Positions 52,647 through 64,000 of a DNA stretch of 64,000 nt are shown piece by piece; positions within the stretch are counted from its first letter, which is position 1; every line of letters starts with the position of its first letter. Origin of the DNA: Octopus vulgaris (taxonomy: Eukaryota); assembly GCA_951406725.2 (NCBI GenBank), contig OX597822.1, positions 5,580,001 to 5,644,000 on the forward strand. Direction: 5' to 3'. A program made the translations under genes and the position numbers. The notes under the pieces were generated by a model. It had not been told where the DNA came from, made no database searches, and was given only the letters and a program-made list of their open reading frames with translations.

Positions 52647-54429
52647 AAAAACAGTGTATACGTTTTAAGTTAGTGGGAATACGATTTAAGTGAGATTTGA
52701 CTGCTACTTCGAGCAAATAGAGAGATCACGTTGGAGGTTCTCTTGTTTGGCTCATATTTATTTACTACACCAAAAGTGAAAAGGGTGCGATTTACATCCA
52801 GAATATCAATCAAATGATTTCTTTCTCATTGACGGTGACTGATTTACTAACTGCACTTTAGGTTTGCTTTCCATATATATACATATATACATATATATAT
52901 AATTAAACTGAGAAAAGAGGAGAGACAGAAAGCTGAAACGATCGTTTATCTCCCGAAGGGGAAAATGCTACTTGTTGGGTAAGTTTGGTGTGTAAACTAT
53001 GTAATATAATTCTGCGAACATGCAAGTAGACAAAAGAAGAAAAAAACCCAGCAAAACCGAAGCCAAAAGACTGACTGTCATCAAGCAATCAGTTGGTGAG
53101 TGACTGACTGACTTGGTTGACTTCAGAGAGTCGGACCAATAACACGATTTACCATAATCACTAAGAGGAGAAGAAGAAGAAGAAGAATAAAAGGCAAGCT
53201 AAGTAATGCCATCAATAGTAGAACAATACTATAGTAGTAGTAGTAGTGCATAAATGGAAAAACAGTAGTCAGCTTATTTTTAATTTGAAGCCCGGCAAAC
53301 CGCACACATTTTCGCAACACAAGCACACGCAATATACACACAAATGCACCGACGCGCGCTTACGCATAGGAATGAAGGAAAGAATGAATGAATGGATGGA
53401 TGACACTGAGTCGCATTCATCGGAAAGCATGAACATCACAACCATTCGCTTCTCTTATTCTCCCCCCACACACACACACACACACACGTTTAACAAATTT
53501 AAGGATGTATACCGAAATAGTTTTTAAAAATTCAGTTCTGTGTTCGTTTAATGTAACGCTAAATAATAGTGAATAAGCACAACAACTTGGATATACAAGA
53601 AGAGAACGAGATTTCGAGATCTTCATTCATATCTTTGAAAGTATTAGCATCATCACTGGTGAAGTAAATTAGCTTCGACTAGGAATCGAAACCGGGTCGC
53701 GTTGACCTTTGTGTCTGTTAAAAAAAATATGTATAATTATACTAGAAACTCAAAAAAGAATAATGTTAATCTCTTGGTACAACATTATTAAAAAATTATC
53801 ACTTCTATTCAATAATATATCACTGGTACTACATATATCGATCTCGGGAGAAACCCAACACGATTTGAACTTGAAATTACGAAACGAAAATATTGGAAAT
53901 CATTTAGTTGGGAGTCAGATGCTCAACCAATAATAATAAATAAATAAATCGGGTTCTTCATTTATTAATTATGATGATGTTGGTCATGCTTTTTTTTTTT
54001 TTTTTTTGGTCCAGGCATTAAAAACTATTGAATCTCTCCATAGTACATACCTGGTACTTGATTACTTTCTGTTCACAAACAGGTGGTTACGAAAGACCAC
54101 CGAAGTGAAATAGCGTAAACAGAACACAGCTCTGTTGCTTTCATCAGAAGTATTATTACTATTAACACATAATAATAATAATAATAAAAGTGAAAATAAT
54201 AAATCACAACTCTATAGTGCTCGTACGGTTTCTTATGGTTGGTTCTAGGAAGTAATTAGTATTGTAGTAGTGGTCTCGTACCGTTAGTGTTTTGCCTCGA
54301 CGAAAAACAAAGCCGGTTTCGTAAGAAAGAAGAGAGAAGGGACATATGTTTAATGATTTGAAACCCCAGTATATTTTGTGGACCCTATCACTTCCTTTTT
54401 GTGCTTGTTTCGCCCCCACATTACATGAC

Positions 54430-54750
54430 TATACACACACACATATAAATATATATATATATATATATATACACATACATATATATATACACATACATAT
54501 ATATATACACATACATATATATATACACATACATATATATACACATACATATATATATATACACATACATATATATATACACATACATATATATATACAC
54601 ATACATATATATACACATACATATATATACACATACATATATATATACACATACATATATATACACATACATATATATATACACATACATATATATATAC
54701 ACACATACATATATATATATACACACATATATATATATATACACATACAC

Positions 54751-54787
<37 letters not shown>

Positions 54788-55036
54788 TATATATATACAC
54801 ATACACACATATATATACACATACACACATATATATACACATACACACATATATATACACATACACACATATATATATATATATACACATATATATATAC
54901 ACATACACACATATATATATATATATACACATATATATATACACACATATATATATATATACACATACATATATATATATATATACATATATATACACAT
55001 ACATATATATATATATATACATATATATACACATAC

Positions 55037-55075
<39 letters not shown>

Positions 55076-55130
55076 CACATACATATATATATATATATAC
55101 ATACATACATATATATATACACATACATAC
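54430..55130. repeat. About 700-bp compound ACACATAC(AT)n micro/minisatellite
   Basis: Direct inspection. Confidence 0.95.
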
Positions 55131-55847
55131 AAATGTACTGTCGTTGTCGTGGTCTTCCGGTCGGATTGGAAACTGCACAAGCACGCACCCCTCCCCCGTG
55201 TCACACAAACAATTATTTGGAACAATAGTATGTTTTTCACTAAACACAAGAACGATTCGTATGGAAGAAGGTTTCAAAATCAAATGAAACGTTAATATCC
55301 AACCGGTACATTCTTACCGAATCATCTCTTCGTTAGTAAGAATGAAAAGCAAAAGCTGACTACAGCGGGGATTTGAACTCAAAACCTAAAATAACGAAAG
55401 CAGTAGGAATTCAATATCATGATGTTGTTGCCTAAAGTCAACCACGATAAGCAGACATGTGATCAAAGACGTTCCAAGTATGATCGCCCCTTCTTTATTT
55501 ACATTCATAACGTATATTATATGTCTGTTATCAAAGATGGTTTGAAGCAATCTGAGAGGCATTTAGCATCTATTTCTAGCATGTCGAATGAATACATATG
55601 GATTCCTTTTTTTTTTTTTAAGGTTAGTTAAACGGTGAAGAAGTTTAGTATGGTGCCCTGGTGCCCTGCGGTGCGTCGAGAAGTCGGGAATTTTTAGCTA
55701 GAAGGGGAATGGTTAGTAACGTCCATGCCTTTCCCAGTAACGACTTAAGGCATTGTTAGTATCTATAGTATGTTAGTATGCATAGAATTGACTTTCTCAA
55801 TTCGATTCTGTTGCTACTTTTGTTCGTCTGATAGTAGGAATAATAAT

Positions 55848-56285
55848 AACGGTTTCGAATATTGGTACAAGGCCAGTAATTTCAGGGGAGAGTTTCAGTC
55901 GATTACATTGACCCCAATATTCAACTAGTGAATGTTATATCGACCCCGAAAGGATGAAAGGCAAAGTCGACCTCAACCGAATTTGAACTCAGAACGCAGA
56001 GACGGACGAGATGCCGCTAAGCATTTTGTCCGGCGTGCTATCGATTCTGCCATCTAGCCGCCTTAATAATAATACTTTGAAATTCTGACACAAGGCCAAC
56101 AATTTTAAGGGGGAGGGTATTAATCGATTACATCGATCCCATTACTTGACTGACTCTTCATTTACTCGACCCTGTGATACCGAATGGCAAAGTTGACCTC
56201 AACGGGATTTGAACTCAGAACGGAAGGAGCCGGAACAAATACTGCAAGGCATTTTATTCCAAAGCTCAAACGATTCTACCAATCC
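55848..56285 (-). mobile_element. Two tandem Nin-domain SINEs
   Basis: Two family units separated by (TAA)n. Confidence 0.82.
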
Positions 56286-56960
56286 ACAATGATAATAGTA
56301 GTAGTATAGTAATAATTATATTTGGTGCTAGTGTTGTTGGTGTTCTTTATACACTGTTGGGTTGGTTTCGTTTTAAGTAACTCGGGTCTAGCTGTTTGCC
56401 TGTATTTAGTGCTGACTGTGATTAGTCACAATACTAGAAGTAGTAGTAGTTGCATTAATAATAATAATCATCTTTGACTAATTACTAAATCTATCACACT
56501 TATAAAGACAAAAATTCATCGTCACATTTCTCTTTTCTTTATATTTATTAACATATCATTTCTCCCCGACATCCGCCTTTAAAAATAAAATAAAAGCCAG
56601 CCTGGTAACCGAGCCATTTCCTTTCACGTTGCGATAATACTAATACCACAAAACATTTCTCGAAAAAGGCATGAACTTCACAACATCTTGTATCTCCTCA
56701 TCTGACACCTCCGGTTTCATGAGTCTAATTATCATTATTATTACAATTTGCTTTCATCAAACGTTGATCATAGATTTAGAAAATAAGGGCATGAATGTTA
56801 CTACTCAACCCTTCGCTCATAATAAATTGAAGCTTAATGCTTAAGTTAAAAAACCAAAAAAACTCACCATTATTGGTGTTGATTAAAGACTAATGTATCC
56901 AGACAAAAACACTGAAGGTTGTTGCTGAATACTAACATACCTACACACATGCAAACACAA

Positions 56961-57006
<46 letters not shown>

Positions 57007-57238
57007 TTCGTGATATAATTACACGGATGCACAAATGTGTCAAATCTATACGTGTATATATGTATATATATATATGTGTGTATATGTGTGTGTGTGTGTT
57101 ACACATTTACAAGTTGTACTTACACAAAACAATACGCGCTGGAATGAAATGTATATTTACAGTACGAATACGTTGTTAATTACATGTGTGTATATAATAC
57201 ACCCACAATATATCATATATATATATATATATATATAC

Positions 57239-57263
57239 ATGTTTATACCACCAGCATATATGC

Positions 57264-57299
<36 letters not shown>

Positions 57300-57324
57300 G
57301 CATATATGCTGGTGGTATAAACAT
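57239..57324. repeat. Perfect 86-bp palindrome centred on (TA)15
   Basis: ATGTTTATACCACCAGCATATATGCATG (TA)15 CATGCATATATGCTGGTGGTATAAACAT. Confidence 0.95.
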
Positions 57325-57384
57325 TTCTTCTGGAGGTAACAAAATGATATGGAATAAAATAGAAGCTAATAGAAAGTGCCCGTG

Positions 57385-57458
<74 letters not shown>

Positions 57459-58614
57459 CAAACTGCAACTCCGAGAAAACAAGAATAAAATACTAAGAAA
57501 TATGCAGAGGGAAAACTTCACAGATATGAAGGCAAATAGAAAAATGAAAAAGGAAACCCGACACGTTAAAGGTAGAACAACAACAAAAAAAAAAAATAAG
57601 GGAGACGGGGTCAGACAGGACAAGAAAAGGGGGTTATAAAGTTAAGTAACTTACCGAATGTTTTGTAATCCAAAAGAGGGTAAAAGACAGTTTTTTTTTT
57701 TCTACGTCAACATCCAAGTGACAACAACGTTAATTGGTTGTGTATGTATGTATGTATGTATGTATAATTGGGTATGTGTGTGTGTGTGTATGTATGTGCG
57801 TTTGTATGTGTGTGTCTGTGTATGTATTTTCTCTCCCTGGTATGTGTATATATATCTCTATGTATCACGCTTTCAATATTCACTGCTTTATACGTCAAGA
57901 CTGTCAGTCAATGTGAGTTTGTAAAACGCATGTATATTTGTGTGTGTATATGTCTGATTGTGTGTTTGTGTATATATACATGTATGTGTATATATTCTCA
58001 TATGTAAGTGTTTAGCAATACTGTTTTATATAGACGACGGGCACTGACTCGCTGAGAATAATAGCAATGATAATAACAATAATAATGTTGTAGATAGTGG
58101 TGGTAGTAATAGTAGTAGTATTAGTAGTAGTTTGAAATAGTAATAAAGGAAGGAAAAAAGCAGGAAGACTTGAACGACAATAACAACAACGATGACGACG
58201 GCGTGAGGGAAGTCGTTCGATGGTCACGTAATAAGCATGAGTGAGGAAAGAGAGCATGCGAATGAGAGAGAGGGTGAGGATGAGGGATAGACAGAAGGAT
58301 TAGAGAGAGGGAGGTGGAGTGAGAGAAAACAGGAATGTGTGTGAGGAGGGCAAATGCAACAGCGGTGTCTCTCTCTTTTTCTCTCTCTCTATTTCTCTAT
58401 CTCTCTATTTGATGTATATATCTCGACAGAGAGAGAGGGAGTGTATATATCTATTAATCTATATATTTTTATATATCTATGTATATTTAGTTTTTGCTCG
58501 AGTGGCGAGGAACCGGCGGTCGGGTGCGCTTAGTGGCAGACATAAGCAAGCTAAAATGCAGAGAGAGTGAGTGAATAGATAGAAGGGGCAGAAAGAATGA
58601 GTGAAAGATACAGA

Positions 58615-58735
58615 GTGAGAGAGAGAGAAGGAGACAGAAAGAGAGTGTGAGTAAGAGACAGAGAAGGAGACAGAAAGAGAGTGTGAGTAAGAGAGAGAGA
58701 AGGAGACAGAAAGAGAGTGTGAGTAAGAGAGAGAC
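58615..58735. repeat. GA-rich minisatellite, 3 x 36 bp
   Basis: GAGAAGGAGACAGAAAGAGAGTGTGAGTAAGAGA(C/G)A repeated. Confidence 0.88.
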
Positions 58736-59454
58736 ACACACACTCACACAGTGTGTGTGAGTGAGAGAATCTGTTTTAGTGAAATCGGGACGTGGTAACA
58801 GCTGCGAGTATCTGCTCGCACATGGATAGAAGAAGAAGGCAGTGTGTTGTTATTATTGTTAGATATTATTATTATTTTTATTAATTTTAGCTTTATTTCG
58901 CGATTATTTATTATATCGCTTCTTATTCCTTTTTAATCTGCATCTTTCCACGGGACGAAACAGCAACAGAAGTAGCAGAAAGGTTAATAGAAAGACAGAA
59001 AGAGAAGCTAAGACAGCAGCAAGATAGGGAAGGAATCGGTCGAAGGGCGGGAGATTGGGAAGTACGGATGTGTACGAAGTATTAATGGTTTATGATATAG
59101 TAAAAATGTGGTTTGGTTAGATTTGGTTTCGATATAGTGTACTTTGGTTTCCTATAAATGGTTAGTTAGCTTTGCAATGGTTTTTTTTTCACTATTTTTG
59201 GTTTGATGCAGTCGGCAGGGATAAATAACCATGATTGCTGCAACAGCTAAGAAGAACATGATGACGATAATAACGACTACGATGCTGATGGAATAATAGG
59301 AAAAAAAAAAGAAGCTGGTTGATGCAGAATCGGTAGTACAATCACCACCAGCACTGCTACCCAAACAGATGAACAGATACATATACATTGACAGACAAAA
59401 ATATAGACAGATGGACAAGCAAACAGACATAGTGAGAAAACAGAGAGGAGGAAT

Positions 59455-59562
<108 letters not shown>

Positions 59563-59936
59563 TGAATGAGATAGAGCATCGGAGTCAAACTCGGGCGTGG
59601 GAGTCTCTATATACAGTCACTCGCTCTTCAGGAAAAAGCAGTTAAATATCCCTCAAATTACACTCTACCATACGTTGAAAAACGTGTTGAATAATATCGG
59701 GAAAAGATCCTGATTTCGCGGTACATATTCCTAAAATAAGGGGATGGTCACGGCTGGAATGAGTGATGTGATACTAACTCTACTGCCGTCGATCAGGGTT
59801 TTACATGGAGTTAAAAATACGGACACGTTCGTTCATTCATTTATTTATTCGTTCATTCATTCATTCATGTAAGTAGAAATATTAAAACAAACACACACAC
59901 ACACATACAGATATGTGTGTGTGTATGTATAGATAT

Positions 59937-60115
59937 ATTCTTTTCTCTCAATCATCTGACTGCGGCCATGCTGGAGTACCGCCTTTAGTCGAGCAAATCG
60001 GCCCCAGGACTTATTCTTTGTAAGTCTAGTACTTATTCTATCGCTCTCTTTTGCCGAACCGCTAAGTTATGAGGTTGTCAAGCGATGTTTGGTGTGGCGA
60101 CAAACACATGCACAA

Positions 60116-60164
<49 letters not shown>

Positions 60165-60176
60165 TACATACATACA

Positions 60177-60210
<34 letters not shown>

Positions 60211-60390
60211 CATACATAGAGGGATATAGATATACGACGGGCTTTTTTCAGTTTCCATCTACCAAATTCACTCACAAGGCTTCGGTCGGCCTGAAGCTAT
60301 AGTAGAAGACACTTAGCCAAGGTGCCACGCAGTGGGACTGAACCAGGAACCATGTGGTTGGGAAGCAACCTTCTTACCACAGCCACGCAG
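59937..60390 (-). mobile_element. CORE-like tRNA SINE with expanded central microsatellite
   Basis: Family match. Confidence 0.85.
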
Positions 60391-60441
60391 TGTAAGTATA
60401 TAAATACATACATATATATATAAATATACATGTGTGTTATG

Positions 60442-60475
<34 letters not shown>

Positions 60476-60491
60476 TATGTGTGTATGTATG

Positions 60492-60581
<90 letters not shown>

Positions 60582-60983
60582 TATATATAAGGTGTATGTA
60601 TACATGTATGTTCATATGAATATTATGTTCAGTAAGGCAGGAATATTAAAACGTATTATATATATGTAAAAGATATATAGTTTTGCACGGGTCTGCTTTA
60701 GTCCAGCAAACCTACTACGATAGATGATCCAAACATGACCCTTCCGACTTTTTCTCTGAGACTACATTGCTCCAAAGTATTCTACTTGTGACGGTGGGGG
60801 TCTATTTTCAAGAAGATTCGGCAACTAGGTTCCTACTGGAGAAGATATCGGAGTTATTGCATTTGCTCTGCCCTTAAAAAAAAAGGAAAAAAACTTATCG
60901 GGTTTCTCTGCAATCAAGAATTGTATGACAAATATTCATTCAGTTAGCTTACATCTAAACCCCACTTTCTTTCTGTCTAGCTT

Positions 60984-61014
<31 letters not shown>

Positions 61015-61029
61015 TTGATATCTATCCTA

Positions 61030-61260
61030 TTTCTTTATTACCCACAAGGGGCTAAACATAGAGGGGACAAACAAGGACGGACATAGGTATTAAGTCGATT
61101 ACATCCGACCCCAGTGCGTAACTGGTACTTAATTTATCGACCCCGAAAAGGTGAAAGGCAAAGTCGACCTCGGCGGAATTTGAACTCACAACTTAACGCA
61201 GACGAAATACCGCTAAGCATTTCGCCCGGCGTGCTAACGTTTCTGCCAGCTCGCCGCCTT
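61030..61260 (-). mobile_element. Full-length young Nin-domain SINE
   Basis: Head AGGCGGCGAGCTGGCAGAAACGTTAGC...GAGTTCAAATTCC (B box), Nin-like core. Confidence 0.9.
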
Positions 61261-61561
61261 TATATCTTTGATATCTATCCATCTATTTTCATACATACAT
61301 ACATACATACATACATACATACATACATACATACATACATACATACATACATACATACATAGTGTATGTATATACGTATGTATGCATACAAATATGTGTA
61401 TGTGAGGGTACATATAAAATTGTATTGTATATATTTATACAGCCACATATACAAATGCATACATATATATATATATATACACACACACACAAACACAGAC
61501 TTGTGAGCGTGCATGCATGTATGTATGTATGCATGCATGCATGTATGTATGCATGTATGTG

Positions 61562-61597
<36 letters not shown>

Positions 61598-61670
61598 TAT
61601 AGCACCAGGTGGTGCTATTAAGTTAGACATGGCCTGGGCCAATAATGGCCGAAACCTATCAAAGTATATA

Positions 61671-61753
<83 letters not shown>

Positions 61754-62199
61754 AGTTTTATAAAATATGTTTACCAAAACTGTCGGATACAGAACTCAGT
61801 ACCTTGGGTAGATTGCAGAAACCTCCAATTCAAGAAAAAGTGGGCCCCGTCAGGCCAAAATTCGGTTTGTGATACACGCTCGCGCGTGTACATACATACC
61901 TGCATACATACATACATACATACATACATACATGCGTGCATACATAGGCAGTGTTTCGGTATTAGTATATTATGTTAGCCATGAGTGAGTGTGCATACGA
62001 CAATGTGTTTGACAGTTCTGCTCTGTCTAGCAGATGAAAGACAATGTCACACACTCACTATTGACGTCATAGACTTTTACCGAAAGATTATCTACATATA
62101 CATACATACATACATACATACATACATACATACATACATACATACACACACGCACACAACACATTTATCTATATATCTACATATACGTCTATGTATGTA

Positions 62200-62228
62200 T
62201 TATCTATCTATCTATCTATCTATCTAGG

Positions 62229-62292
<64 letters not shown>

Positions 62293-62359
62293 CAGAACTA
62301 CACCGGTTCTATCTAGATAGATAGTTCTATCTATCTATCTATCTATCTATCTAGATATC

Positions 62360-62430
<71 letters not shown>
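62200..62430. repeat. (GATA)n/(TATC)n array with strand switches
   Basis: Orientation flips several times around TCTAG junctions. Confidence 0.9.
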
Positions 62431-62431
<1 letters not shown>

Positions 62432-63035
62432 GGGGGAAGTATGAGTATGTGTGTATCTGTATCTGGTAATTGGCGTCAGAGTACGATGCTGTACACCGGC
62501 CCGGCAATACATATTAACTCTTAGAAGCCTAACATCAATAGAATTTCCACTTTAAAGACTCTTCTAACATATTAGCATTCGTGGGTTGTGAAGAGAGGGG
62601 ATGGGAGAACCGGTGTAGTTCGAACCACGATAGCCGCTTAGAAAGGACCAGTACAGATTGCACAAAATTCGACAAACATGTGCATGTATGGATGTGTGTT
62701 TCCGCGTATAGACGGTAATGGGAATAGATGTGATTGAATTATATACAGTCATATGGATGGATTGATAGCCAAGTGGTTTATTGCAATGAATGTTGAGTTT
62801 AATCAATGAGTAAGATAGTAAAAGACGTATATACATAATAATTCAACAGCCTGCTGAGTGGATGTGGAGGGACTGGAAGATTGGCAGGTAGGTATTAAAA
62901 AGGAGAATGAAAGAGGGTGGGTTTGGCAGTGATTGTAAGTCGATGTATCGATTGCTTGTGCCCGTGGGTAGAAGTGTAAAATGACATGAAAACCGAGATA
63001 GAGAGAGAGAGAATGTTAGAGAGACAGCGAGAAAG

Positions 63036-63069
<34 letters not shown>

Positions 63070-63564
63070 ACCTGCGGAATTGGACAACTAGACGTGCAGA
63101 TTGGTTTATAGGAAGCTTGATGGATGGATGGATGAATAGAGGTTGATAGATGTATGGACAGATAAATTTGGATTGTAAGTTCGTTGGATAGACTCTGGAT
63201 AAATAGATAGTTAGATAGACAGACGGACTGACGAATAACTTAATATGATTAGGGCACAAACAGAAAGAAACAGAGTGAGGGAGAGACAGAGAGAGAGAGC
63301 AAGGAGTATAACGCAGGCATCAAAGACGGAGAACGTGATTACGAGATAGAATTACGAAGAGGAGAGAGAGCAACGGTAAATAAAGGCTGCAAAGAGAAAA
63401 AGAAAAATGAGAGGCTGTTTTTTTACATCATTGTCTATTTAAGAGACATGTGTACTCTTCTACCAATTGTACTTTTTGACATATGAACTTTCGTTCCTGC
63501 ATTTCCTCGCCTGCACTTACGTATATTAACGTTAATAGATAAGTAGAAATCAGTAGAGTAGGCA

Positions 63565-63675
63565 TGTATATGTGTGTGCATAGATTTATATACACGCGCA
63601 TACGTATATTTATGTGTGTGTATATCTATATATGTCTATATATACATGCATATATATGTATATTTATATATATAT

Positions 63676-63766
<91 letters not shown>

Positions 63767-63788
63767 CTCATACATACATATATGTATA

Positions 63789-63829
<41 letters not shown>

Positions 63830-63902
63830 TAACTATATATAAAATATATATATATAAATATAATATATATATATGCATATATTATATATATATATATGCA
63901 TA

Positions 63903-63999
<97 letters not shown>

Positions 64000-64000
64000 C
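63565..64000. repeat. Compound (TA)n/(CA)n microsatellite
   Basis: Direct inspection. Confidence 0.95.

Noticed and set aside
54346-55287. Longest ORFs (255-313 aa) and similar YI/HT/CV-rich ORFs at 13, 57, 60, 61 and 63 kb
   Set aside because: Translations of (TA/CA)n microsatellites, open on both strands; not genes
59230-59400. Acidic/basic peptide-like segment (DDDNNDYDADGIIGKKK)
   Set aside because: Low-complexity trinucleotide DNA, flanking stops, no convincing splice sites

Overview
AT-rich, microsatellite-dense animal genomic DNA. The repeat families (tRNA-Arg OR-type SINEs, Nin-domain SINEs, a CORE-like SINE, long (TA)n/(CA)n arrays) are most consistent with an octopus or other coleoid cephalopod; this is pattern recognition, not a database result. 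There is no intact protein-coding gene: apart from a transposase fragment, the ORF track derives mostly from microsatellites and SINEs. The only clear protein relics are a full-length decayed mariner transposon (19.7-21.0 kb), an RTE LINE 3' remnant (22.9-23.6 kb) and a weak CR1/Jockey-like RT remnant (about 2 kb). Other mobile DNA: three non-autonomous Helitrons, five TTAA piggyBac-type MITEs, hAT MITEs, and GG-ended 8-bp-TSD (Merlin-like) MITEs carrying telomere-like repeats. CpG looks depleted left of about 35.5 kb and retained to the right. A CpG-rich TSS-like segment with a splice donor sits at that boundary, and candidate non-coding minus-strand exons lie to its left, suggesting a methylated gene body transcribed leftwards out of the window. 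Most notable observations: Penelope-type minimal hammerhead ribozymes (one in a fold-back, apparently linked to a tRNA-headed SINE), a SINE with a twin-priming-like 5' inversion and intact TSD, and a TIR-bounded element enclosing a locally duplicated block. No novel biological system is demonstrated by the sequence alone.
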